NCBI GenBank assembly: GCA_051362555.1
Contig: CM120640.1
Span: 4,898,001-4,962,000, forward strand
Direction: 5' to 3'
Source of the DNA: Lingula anatina
Lineage: Eukaryota; Animalia; Brachiopoda
DNA: 64,000 bases
Part shown: positions 1 through 12,700 of the stretch, one piece after another
How the letters are laid out: the number at the start of each line of letters is the position of its first letter
How positions within the stretch are numbered: position 1 is the stretch's first letter
Translations under genes and position numbers: made by a program
Notes under the pieces: model-generated
What the model was told of the DNA's origin: nothing
Database searches by the model: none
Seen by the model: the letters and a program-made list of their open reading frames with translations, nothing else

Positions 1-93
1 TACTCCTTATAAATACACAGTTACAATTTGCATGTATTAACAAAAGGTTTACAACTAAATATAATGTGGAAAAATGTATCTGCCTGTTTTCAG

Positions 94-1184
94 CTAATAT
101 GTTCATAGCAGTGGTGTTTCTGAAAGAAAAGTTGAGACCACAAGATTTATTTGGTAAGTGATTCATTGTAATAAAAACTGGATATTCTCTCCTGTTTGAT
201 AAAAAAGTGTGCACGGACATATATGCATCGAATATTCTTTCTGATTTTTTATTTTATTTGAGAGATGAGGAATTATAGTATCATTTGTTTTAAAGTCTTT
301 CACCTATGTTAATTTCATGGTTGGATTTGCTTGTATTTGGTTTTTTAACATATTTGGGCATGCTTATTCTATATATTTTGATAAAATTCATTTAAATGTG
401 GTTGGTTTTCAGCACCAATATAGTATTACTTCAGCATCTGTAATTTGCAGTTGCAATAATTTTACTTTTTGCTGCTCAAGTCATTGTATTGGCTTGACTT
501 GCACTGATATTTCAATGCTTCAGGTTGTGCTCTCTCAATTGTTGGTGCTTTCCTGCTGGTCAACTTTTCTCCTAAAGTGAGTAAAAACCATTAAGCCATA
601 AGGCTTCCATTAATACGGACAGAATGATTTATCACTCAGCTGTTGTTTTATATATTTATATTTCATTTTATTGGACGTTTTAAAAACTTTATACATATTA
701 TATATTGGTGTGGATGAAATATGCTGAAAATGCATCATACTTTTTTTGCTTGGATATATATGTTTGATAAAACAGTTACTAGTATACTCAGATCATGTTA
801 ATTTTTTAATTCTATCCCTGCTTTGTGCAGTTAATGTATTATGACAAATCAATTTCAATGACTTTATATTCAGTGAAAATATATGAAGGCAGTATTTGTA
901 ATATAGATTTTTGTAGCCTTTTTCAGTGAAAATATACTGGCTTGAATTACTTCAACATAAATACCTGCAGGACCTGAGTCATGTCACATTTCTGTGTTGT
1001 AGCTGATGATTTATATATTTTCTTGAAAACTAAAAAGCATTTTTATGTGTTGTTTTGTGCAGCATGAGAAGGTGCTCACTGGACCAGAAATAAACGAAGC
1101 ATTAAAGCAGATTGCATTTTTGGTGTATATTGTAAGTATTTTGTTTGGAATGTCAGTTCCAAATAGTTTATTTTAATGTTCATG

Positions 1185-1215
<31 letters not shown>

Positions 1216-4075
1216 AGGCATAAGTAATAGCAGATTTCATTATTTAACATCATTGTCAGAAGTTTCTGATTTGATAATAAATGTTTTTTTTTTTAATTTC
1301 TTGAAAAAAAGGAATTTTCATTGCTAACAAATTAAAAACTCTCTTTATTAAATTAAGTTTTAAGTTTTTAAATTTATTGAATTTAGTGTTGGTGGATGAA
1401 ATTTCAATATTAAGTAAGCATGTAGCTAAGGGACACATTATTCCTGATATCTTACTGTTTGTTCCTGTTGTTTGTTTTAGATCATAGAGTTCCTTGCATT
1501 GATTGTGCTGTTGGTGTTACTGTACAAGTTCCAGATTGACAGTGTGTTGGTGTTCCTGTTAATCTGTGCCATGCTGGGTAAGCATCCTCTCCACTTACTG
1601 GACACGGGGTGTCTCTAACCTGGAGAAATTAGTTTTATGGCTAGATATTCACATTCATTTCTTGGGCTATTTCTCTGCTTTTTTCTGTACTGTGAAAATT
1701 TTCACAAAAGTAAAATGATGTTAATATCCATCTGGTCTCTGGTAAAAAGTGTGTGTCCAGAGTGAATTTTTTTATGAAAAAAAAAGGCGTCATCACCCAG
1801 TTGCTGGAGAGTAGACAGACTGATAGTAACAAAAAAGGAATGATTTTGTGGTATTTGTATTAAATGTATTTAGCAAAAAAGATTTTTTTTTGCACAATAT
1901 CTAGCTAATTTGTTTTGATAAGAAATATTGTTCACCTTGGTATAATAATCTGTTTGTATTGTATTGTTTTCAGCCTCCTTTACTGTAATCTCAGCTAAGG
2001 GAGTGTCTGGTTTAATTCATATAACATTCATGGGCTACTCCCAGTTTGATCAACCTGTTCTCTATGTGATGGTGGTAATATTAGTGGTCACAGCTATATT
2101 GCAGGTCAAGTAAGTGCTTCATTTTTATCCTTTTATATTTTTTTTACTGAAATTACTAAAATCTTTGGACTTAACCCCTGTGTGTATGTGTCTGTGTTTA
2201 AATGATGATCAGACATCAGCTAAAGCCTATAATTAGGATTAGGATTAATAATGGGATTGAAGCATATACATTTGAAGGTTTTACTTCAGAAATCTTTTGC
2301 AAGCATAAAGTGGTGAAAATAAATGTATGTATATAAGCATGTATGTATATGGCTGGATGTTGCTCTACTGAGTTGCCATATTGTATTTATTCTTTTCTAG
2401 ATATTTGAACAGTGCCATGAAGTTGTTTGAAGCTACAGTTGTGGTACCAACCTACTTTGCCTTTTTCACCATAAGTGCTATATTATCAGGTGATTTTTAT
2501 TTCATTTCTTTTCTTTTTGATCTTGAAAAATGTATTTCTTATAACTGTCAGCTGTAGCCTATAGCTAAAGAGATAAATGTACAGCATTCTGATAGATGTA
2601 AACCTTGGTCCTGGTCACTCAGTATGTTCTAGCACCATGACAATTTAGAAAACAAATCACTTTCAAGAAGACTGTAATAAGTTTTCCTGTAAAGACCAAG
2701 AAAAAAAACTCTTTCTGCTGGAATTCTGTCTTTCTTTATTGGCTTCTTAAACCAACGGGGAATACATTCACATGCAGTTTTCAATTAGTTTCCTTCTGTA
2801 TAGATTTTGTGGATATGCTTTCATCATTTCATCAAAGATATCTCTTGGCATCTTGGAAAGACTTGAGATGTTCCAGATATTGATTGACGTGATATTATCT
2901 TGTTCTGTTTCTGGTCGGGGGACAGCTCCAAGATTACTAATCATGCCATTATGTCACTGCTTTCTCAGCACTATACATGTTGTCATTTTACTGCTATCTG
3001 TTCCAAAAATGATTTGCTTTGGTTATTATATAATTTGTTTTTTGTGTCATTAAAAATTGAAGTCCTGTTACATTGTTATTTTTATCAAGAAAGTGGATCT
3101 CTACTTTTTTTGTTATAAATAGTACATGGGTGATTGTCAGGCATAGGTTACTTTTTTTGTATCTTTTTTTTTATTTCAACTAAAATATTTTAAAATTATG
3201 AAGAACTTCAGTGAAAATAAAAACAGCTTTAATTTGTTGAGTTTTATTGTGATGGATTTTTACTTTTTTTCAGGTATCGTTTTCTACAGAGAGTTTTGGG
3301 GTATGAATGGTTTGGACATCTTTATGTTCATGTTTGGGTAAGTTGGCGACAGAAATGTTTTACAAAAAACAATAAATAAATAGTTTTGTACTAGTATAAG
3401 TGAAAAGTGTATTTTCTGAAGTTCAACCTACTATTCTCCATCAAAAGCTCTCTGAAAAAAAAAAGAACGGTAAAATTTCTACTGGAACAAAAAAAAAATG
3501 AGATGGGAAAGCATGCTTATTAGCAACCAAAAAATGATTGATGAATATTATGTGTCACACTTTATTTGTGTTTTTTTAGGTGCACTCTGTGTTTTATTGG
3601 CGTATTTTTCATCACGTCAGGAAAAGGACCACCTCCATCTCCTAGCAATGAGCCAAAACCAAAACTGGCTGCCATACTACCAGGTGAATATAATAGCAGT
3701 TATAACTTGTTTTTTAATTTCATATTTAATAGTAATTCTGAATGAGGATCTCAGCAGTCATTAGACCATTATAACAGTTAATTTTTTTAAAGAATTTTTT
3801 TTCTTTTTTTTTTTTTTTTTTACAAAATTAAAGTCTATCATAACAATAGTAAAATCTTACTTCGTGAAAAACCTTTTTACATTAAAAACTGTTGAAATGG
3901 TATCCAATATAATTTAATTTTGTTTTCAGACTGGTTATTATCTACCTACTCAAGATCAACAGTTCAGCCCAGGTCACAAGAGAGAAACCCAATCTTGAAA
4001 GATCAAAGCCCCTCAGAGGAATCTCCTGCTAAAGAAGAGATGCCAACTGATGGTTATGGTGCAGTGCAACCTTAA
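94..4075 (+). CDS. NIPAL2: NIPA-like Mg2+ transporter (NIPAL2/NIPAL3 family), 5' end outside window
   Basis: GT-AG exons in continuous frame: 94-153, 524-576, 1063-1131, 1481-1577, 1974-2109, 2401-2489, 3274-3337, 3580-3683, 3930-4075 (TAA). Translation includes FLKEKLRPQD, GCALSIVGAFLLVNFSPK, ASFTVISAKGVSG, QVKYLNSAMKLFEATVVVPTY, GIVFYREF, typical of NIPA/NIPAL multi-TM proteins. NIPAL2 versus NIPAL3 is not resolvable (likely co-ortholog). Confidence 0.9.
1186..1215. repeat. (GAT)n microsatellite in NIPAL intron
   Basis: About 10 GAT units visible directly. Confidence 0.9.
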
Positions 4076-5745
4076 CCAACACTTTCAATGTTAGACAACT
4101 TCCAGGATAATTGTTTTGCTATATTTGTCTCCCTTTAGGGTGCAGAATTCATCTCAGTCTCAAGTTATTTTAAGTAACTGTTCAAAACTGCACAACCTTA
4201 AGACTCCATGGCCAGTGTATTTGGTTTTCAGGGTTTATTTGGTTTTCAGAGCTGAAACAGTACCCTGTGTATGTGATCTTTGTGTCTTGTAATTTAAGAG
4301 ATTTTTATGTAACAGATATGTATCAGTGGGGCTTTTGGGTTGATATGAGCGCAATGTGATAGATAATTAAGTCAGATGGCTACGTAATATTTTGTCTGCA
4401 TTGTAAGAGCAGTATAGTAAAATAAAGCATGCCATTATCTGTAATGTATGCTGCATAATATTTTATCATGTTTAATATTTTTGTTACCTTTGCTGTATAT
4501 AATTTCTTAAATTTAACATGTCTTTGCTTGTGATAATTAAGGTTTGTGTCGATATATTAGTCAGTGTGCTGGGTATGATATACTTGGGAATAACTTGTAT
4601 GAAGTAGAAAACAGTATTAAAAATCTTCTTTTAACTGGAAATACCTGCTGGAAGATGGTATAGAAAATCATGTATGGTAGATGTGCAGTAAAGATCTTCT
4701 GGTACTGCAATATATGGCTCATAGAGGTAGTGTCTAAAAACAGATAAAATGTGCTGCTGAGTACAACTAACACAGACTTTACTATTATGCTTCAGACTGG
4801 AAAGCATTAATAAGAAATTATAAGAAAAACGCAACTCTTTGCTATTTATATTTAGAGAAAAGTTACACATAGCAAACAATTGTTACAGCAATATTGAACC
4901 AGCTCTAATATCTCTTCAGTTTACAGACTTTTTTTACGTTATTTTTGTACGAGTACTGCAAGCTTTACACTTTTTTTTTCAAATCTTTTGTACAATGAAA
5001 GAGATTAGAATGGTATGTATAGGCCACAAGGCTTAGAGAAAAATGCTCACTCTACATAGGCATCAGTCATACAGAAAATGCCTTTTAAATATTCAAACTC
5101 TTGGCATCTATCACTCTTGCAATGTCTCTCATCTATGTTGGGTACAACTATTATTACCCACTGCAAGTTCACTAGGCTTGATCTGCTCTCATGAACAACA
5201 GTCCTGTACAGAAAGCAGTAATGTGTAGAATCTTCTGCCACAAGTCCATGAAATAGTTTGATCAAGCTTTCGGTTGCTTTATTGGATTGTTTTAGATATA
5301 TTGGACTGTTTTAGACTTTTCAGGTTTTATCTTGTTAGATATCAAATCTCTGAACTTGTAGAATCTCACAAGAATATTTTGTATATACTTATATTATATT
5401 ATTCTTTTTTGGTCAAGAACACAAAGGATAAGGACAGTTATACATTATTTCTGTGTCTATACACCAAAAGGGTACTTTGTACCTAACCAGTTTTTTTCAT
5501 TTTCAATCAGTTTTCATACACATTTTCATGCTGAAACTAGTATAAATTAGTTTATTCTAGAAGCATATCAAATGCTCATATTTCTATCCCATTTAATATA
5601 CATTTTTTACCTTTTAGCTCAATGTATAGGTTGTGGAATATAGAAACTTTGTATGCATATATTAATACCGGTTATATTCCTGTTGACATTCCATATCTTG
5701 ATGAAGACTGCTGGAAATAGTTTTAATGCAAGTGTATTAAGAACA

Positions 5746-5786
5746 AATAAAGTATCAATGTTGTACTAATTTCATTTTCTTTTATT
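5746..5786. promoter_or_regulatory. Convergent poly(A) signals: AATAAA (+, 5746-5751, NIPAL) and AATAAA (-, 5781-5786, MCPH1)
   Basis: Two canonical hexamers facing each other where the + strand switches from T-rich to A-rich, between the two convergent stop codons. Confidence 0.55.
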
Positions 5787-6759
5787 ACGATTGTTGTGCT
5801 ATACATTAAAAAACAGAAATTGGGATTTTAAATAAAAAACTAGTCTGTAAATTGATACAATTTGGAACATCTAGCTGTTTAATTGGAGACTACTTTAAAT
5901 TTATGCTGATAACAATGGATTACTTATCATAACAGCCACAAATGTTCAGTAAATTTAATACATAAAACTAAAATATAGTATAAAAATTCTTATGATTACA
6001 TTATTAAATCATCTAAAGCAACAGATTTATAATTTCTTTGAAATTAATACGTTTAAAGCACTGCCATTTATTTTTAAACAAAAATGACAGTAAACAATTT
6101 TTTGTAAGTTGTAACTATATAAAAACATTTTATATAAAAAATTTTAATTGCTTCACTTTATGTAAGCTTACACTGTAACAGAATAATACTGACGGATCAC
6201 ATTACTCAATCATGTCCAAACTAATCCCATCTTTCATTTTCCTCATGTTTGATTGCTTATCACATTCATTAAATTTAATTAAAGAAATAGTAGATCCATG
6301 TGTACTAGTTACAACACAAGTTGTCCACTGTATGCAACATAAAAGAGTAGTTATATCCAGGTGTGGAGAAAATATAATTTGCTCCTGTATGTTGCATAAT
6401 GGGGATGCGGAGTAGTTGTAGTGGACATATCCCTTTAGGCTGGTGCTTCAAGCAATTAAAATACAGGTGAGTGTGTAAGCAAAATAAAAGTGCCATTATC
6501 CTTTTGTTTGTGGGATAAATGTTATGTATAGGTATAAATAGGATATGTGTTCTTCTTTATCTACAGTTTTATTGTTCAATCCATTCTGGCATAAGAAAAT
6601 CATTCAAAGAGTCTGAATATCATTTGAAAAGGTACGGTAATAAGATTGGTGGTGTCTAAAATTTCACTAGCTCTTAGTTTATACTGCATGGGCAGTATTC
6701 AGTATCCATATAACTGTAATTAATAAGGTCAACAAATCAGCTTCATGAAATGCTGATAT

Positions 6760-9700
6760 TTAAAAGGCTGGACTAGTTGATCTGCTTTGTTTCTTAGCAG
6801 TATAATCACTCAATGGCATCAGCATGTGTGCAGTTATGGAATCTGAAATAAATGACTATGGATTAATAGCAATTAACTCGTGGCTTTTTATAGGACATAT
6901 TACACATGATTTTATAAGATATTTAGAGTTAGATTAAGATTTTAATGACACCTTTAAACCACAGGTCCCATTCAGATGGAGAAGAGCCTAGTGCTAGCTA
7001 GGCCACAACCTAAATATGGTGGACTTACATGAAAGGAAGGCCACTTAATCCTGTAATGGTCTATCCGCCTCTCACATGCCTCCCCATGCATCGAATCTCA
7101 ATCGGTTGAATTTAGCTGAGATTTAATTAATGTGCCCCTGCAGGGACAACGCGTGGGGAGGCGTGTGAGAGGCAGAGAGACCATTACAGGAATAAGCAGT
7201 CTTCCTTTCATATAAGTCCGCCATATTTAGGTCACAGCCTAGCTAGCACTTGCCTCTTCGCGATCTGAATGGTCCCATACATATGAAAAAAAAAGGTTGG
7301 ATGCTAAAAAAACTAGAGGATCAGAGAGGCGATACCGCCTCCAAATATTGTACCACCAGCTGGAGCAAACGCAATTGTATAGACCCCCACATACACAAAA
7401 TAAGGGACACAGCCACCAGTTTTGTGCTTGACAAGCTGTAAAAATGCAATCAACAAGAATTTTTTAACTATTGCAAAAAATATATATGGTACAATCAAAT
7501 TTAAGTTCTTCGTAAGGTAGGTCAAGGGTCAATTTCAAGGTCACAGTAAATTGCCAGTATATGACTTCCTATTCAAGTTCAAGAGTAACTATGGACCTAT
7601 CTCTGTCAAGTTTGAAGTTAAAAGAGAAAGAAATTAGCAGAGTTCAGTTCATGATAAAAAGTAGGTCAAAGGTCAATTTCAAGGTCACATTTAGATTGCC
7701 AGTATAGGACTTCCTATTCAACTTCAATAGTAACTATGGACCTATCTCAGCCAGTTTTGGAGATAAAAGGGAAGCAAAATTTGCAAAATTCAGTTCATGG
7801 TGAAAAGTAGGTCAAAGGTCAATTTCAAGGTCACATTTAGATTGCCAGTATATGACTTTCTATTCAAGTTCAATAGTAACTATGGACCTATCTCTGCCAG
7901 TTTTGGAGATAAAAGGGAAGCAAAATTTGCAAAGTTCAGTTTATGGTGAAAAGTAGGACAAAGGTCAATTTTAATGTCACATTTATAATGCCAGTATATG
8001 ACTTCCTATTCAAGTTCAATAGTAACTACGGACCTATCTCAGCCAGTTTTGGAGATAAAAAGAAAGCAAAATTTGCAAAATTCAGTTCATGGTGTAAAGT
8101 AGGTCAAAGGTCAATTTTAAGGTCACATTTAGATTGCCAGTATATGACTTCCTATTCAAGTTCAACAGTAACTATAGACCTATCTCAGCCAGTTTTGGAG
8201 ATAAAAGGGAAGCAAAATTTGCAAAATTCAGTTCATGGTGTAAAGTAGGTCAAAGGTCAATTTAAAGGTCACATTTAGATTGTCAGTATATGACTTCCTT
8301 TTCAAGTTCAATAGTAACTATGGACCTATCTCTGCCAGTTTTGGAGATAAAAGGGCAGAAAAGTTTGCAAAGTTCAGTTCATGGTGAAAAGTAGGTCAAA
8401 GGTCAATTTCAAGGTCACATTTAGATTGCCAGTATATGACTTCCTATTCAACTTCAATAGTAACTATAGACCTATCTCAGCCAGTTTTGGAGATAAAAGG
8501 GAAGCAAAATTTGCAAAATTCAGTTCATGGTGTAAAGTAGGTCAAAGGTCAATTTCAAGGTCACATTTAGATTGCCAGTATATGACTTCCTATTCAAGTT
8601 CAATAGTAACTATGGACCTATCTCTGCCAGTTTTGGAGATAAAAGGGAAGCAAAATTTGCAAAGTTCAGTTTATGGTGAAAAGTAGGTCAAAGGTCAATT
8701 TTAAGGTCACATTTAGATTGCCAGTATATGACTTCCTATTCAAGTTCAATAGTAACTACGGACCTATCTCAGCCAGTTTTGGAGATAAAAGGAAAGCAAA
8801 ATTTGCAAAATTCAGTTCATGGTGAAAAGTAGGTCAAAGGTCAATTTTAAGGTCACATTTAGATTGCCAGTATATGACTTCCTATTCAAGTTCAATAGTA
8901 ACTATGGACCTATCTCTGCCAGTTTTGGAGATAAAAGGGAAGCAAATTTTGCAAAGTTCAGTTAATGGTGAAAAGTAGGTCAAAGGTCAATTTTAAGGTC
9001 ACATTTAGATTGCCAGTATATGACTTTCTATTCAATTCAATAGTAACTACGGACCTATCTCAGCCAGTTTTGGAGATAAAAGGAAAGCAAAATTTGCAAA
9101 ATTCAGTTCATGGTGAAAAGTAGGTCAAAGGTCAATTTTAATGTCACATATAGATTGCCAGTATATGACTTCCTATTCAAGTTCAATAGTAACTATGGAC
9201 CTATCTCTGCCAGTTTTGGAGATAAAAGGGAAGAAAAATTTGCAAAGTTCAGTTCATGGTGAAAAGTAGGTCAAAGGTCAATTTCAAGGTCATAGTAAGA
9301 TTGCCAGTATATGACTTCCTATTCAACTTCAATAGTAACTATGGACCTATCTCTGCCAGTTTTGGAGATATAAGGGACTAGATGTTATAATTTTGGAGTT
9401 ACCATAATGTGCCTTAAATTTCGTACAGAAAAAATTAATTAAAATAAAGAAAATGTCATTTTGGTCAAAATTCTTGAAATAGGAGGTGCTCTGAAGTTTC
9501 AGAAGTTCAAATTTGATTAAATAATGTCATTTTTGAACACAAGTTGTCTGCTTTGCCAAGCCTTATGTTTTATTTTTCCAGAGTTCAAAATTTATTATCC
9601 ATTACCGTACTGCACATTTTGCTTTTACCACCAATATGTACTTTTTGATACAGCGTAACTCGAAAACCGTATGGAATACAAAAAAACCGAGACCACCTTC

Positions 9701-12700
9701 AGTGTTGGGCTTTACATGCTCTACAAAATGCAAAAAAGAATGGGTCTCTAGCATTAACGGTTCCCAAATTAGAGACAGTTTTCAGTTTCGGTATCTTATG
9801 GCCGCTACTCCCGTGAAAATGCACCGATTGACCCCAAATTCATGGAGATGAAAGATGACCTGAAGGGTAACACTTTCCAATAATATTATTGGTTAAGTCT
9901 GTGTGGTGTCTGAATAACAGGGCAAAAAAATTTTTTTTCGTAAAAAATTTCATTTTTTTTGAAAATTTTGGCCCATTTGACCTTGAAGTAGAGGTCAAAG
10001 GTCAAATCCAAGGGTATATTTGAAATCTACACATATGACTTTTGGAAAGCCGTCTATAGAAATTTTTCCCATAACTCCTTCCGTAGGGTAGATAATAAGC
10101 ATTTAATTTTGCCATTTTTAGACAAGGGTGCATTGCAATGAGTGCCACACCCAGACCCCAATACCGACAAAGCCCAAATTTTACGTGGAACGAGTTGAGA
10201 TTATAGGTGACCTAAATCCATGAGATGGGTACGGGGGCCCTTACCGTCTAGGAGGAGAAGCGGTAACGGTAGCCGTCCGGCGGAGCCGGCGGAACGATCC
10301 GGATGGGACCGAAACCATGTGTACCGCCAGCGCTAACGCTGGTGGTACAATAAAAACTCTCTCTGGCTTGGCCTTACCCAAGACCCACTGTTCTGTCACC
10401 AAAGTGGCTTCAGTTCTTCTTGCTGGTCCTACACACACTGCTGCTTTTCTGGAACATGTGGTTGTCTGGAGAAAAATTAGCTGACGATGAAATCCACCAT
10501 GAAATAATTCTACTACTTCCAAACACAGCTCTAACAACACCCTTCTAGATGTGAAAACAAAAGTTACTTAAAAGGTATGTGTTTCAGTGCTAAAAGCTTA
10601 AAAGTTAACAAATAGTTAACAAAAATGGATTTCTGGAAGTAATTCAATTTTCCTAATGCACTTGTGATCCTTAAGCACAGTTAAGTACTTGGTGGATTTA
10701 ATATAATAAGGTGTGAGGGGTCTTGGCTGTATTAAAGTGTTTAACTTACCTTTCCACCACACAACTGAATTAATGAAATCAAATGCTGCTGAGATGGAGA
10801 AGTGTTTTCTGATACATAAATCTCCCCAACAGCAGAAAAAATATCTTGCTGATAAGACGGTCCCGCTGCATATCGTTCAAGTCTGCTAAACTGAAAAAAA
10901 ATGTTGAGAAGTGGTTGTGAAAACAATTATCATCATTGGCACCATCAGACAAAAACTATGGAATCACGCTTTGTGCTTTGAGTTGGACCCTGTATCCCGA
11001 TATCACAGCACGGAGTATGGTTGTTAAGTCCAATACCGGAGATGACAGTCTCTGGCAGTGTGTGGACACTTAAAATATGACCCTATATACCACTTTAAAG
11101 TCCATCTTTCATATTTCACATGCCATATCCCACAGCAGCTTTTGTATGTAACCAGAGCTACAGTCTCTTACACATAAGTTATCATACATTTTCTTACCTG
11201 TGCTGCTGGAAAGAAATCATGTGCCTCAAATGGTTCTTCATCCAACCACTGACCTGCTTCAAGAGACTTGAGCACCTGAGGATAAACACTTCAAGATAAA
11301 TTCAAATCTCTCTTCTTTAAATAACAGAATAAATACCGTTTACCATTTTTTCTTCTTGCATTTTTATTTTTCATATTGTTAAAATAGTATTTGAAAGGGA
11401 TCATTTACATGCACAACTCAATTCTGACAGAGCTTGTATCTGAGAAACTAATGAAAGAATATTTTCCTGTTGAAAATTGTTGCAAAAAGACAGTGTCTCA
11501 CCCATTCTAGAGAAAGCACCCAGCATCCTCTTGCAATCCCACGTAGAATATTCAGTGTCCGCCGGCTTTCACCACAGACAATGTGACTGGTACTGTCGTC
11601 AACAGTATCAAGCATATGAAAACCGCCCAGTTTCTTCACTACTGCATGTACAATCTCTTGTTCACTGAAATTGAAGTACAAACGGCTATTTATTTGATAT
11701 TTATAACTAACAGAACCAATATTCATTCTACCATCAAAGGAAAGTCATCCAATAATAATTCTACTTCTCACTTTAAATTCACTTGAATTTGTCATATACT
11801 ATTAATTCAATTTCTCACTTTACATTCACTCTAATTTGTATCTGTAAAAAACTTACCTGTTATGTAAACTTGTAGTGACCATGGATCTCCTTGGCACTGG
11901 AGATGGATTCTTAATTGAAAATTCTTTCTTTTTCCTTGTAATCTTTTTCTTAGGCTCGGACTTACTTGCGATACTTGCAATTGTATCATCACTATCTGAA
12001 CTGTTCACATTTGCAGATCTGACAGCCTTTTTCAAAGACTGGGAAAGCTTTCCATGTTCAGCAAATTCATCAATGCTTCTACGGCTTTTAGCAAGTTTGG
12101 AAAATGAGTCTGAAGAGATACTACTGTTTTGACTTGATCTTAACAATGAATCTGTATTTGTGCTGTATCCAGTGTCTTGTTGGGCATGACTTGTGTTTTC
12201 CTCTCTATTCCCCACACAGACATTTTTAATGGGGACATTGCTGTCAGTGTCAGATAACTCTTCTATGCAGGACATCCCAGGGGTTCGTTTCTGTTTTGAG
12301 TCCAGATGAGCTGCTGGCCCAGACACAGTGCCAACAGAAGACTTTTTAGGTTTTGAACGACTAGTTTCATTAGATGTTGTATCATGGTCCTCAAGAGCAG
12401 GCAAAGTGGATAAGGATCCACCACACGACTTCCTCCTCGAAGTCTTGGGTTTTGAGGCAAGGGCTCCAGATTGTGTATCTGTGTCACAGTGTTCTGTAGA
12501 AGTGGTAGTCAAGGTGGTCAAGCAAGATTTTCTCCTAGAAACCTTAGTTTTAGTTTTTCCATCACAATCAGACTGAGGACCAGCTTCAAGGAAAGCCACA
12601 GAACCAGCCTTGTTGTCTAAGCACGATTTTCTCCTGGAGCTCTTTGCTTTCTGTTTGCTGTCTACCTCAGATTCTGTGACCTGGGAAGTTGCAGAACTGC

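Noticed and set aside
7943-8686. Repeated 101-aa ORFs MVKSR...
   Set aside because: Products of the 146-bp satellite (unit length not a multiple of 3), inside an MCPH1 intron.
7517-9375. CRISPR-like array
   Set aside because: Units are full-length tandem copies without unique spacers; eukaryotic context with no cas genes.
9636-9851. 71-aa ORF duplicated at 55619-55834
   Set aside because: Similarity reflects two copies of the same non-coding element; no recognisable domain.
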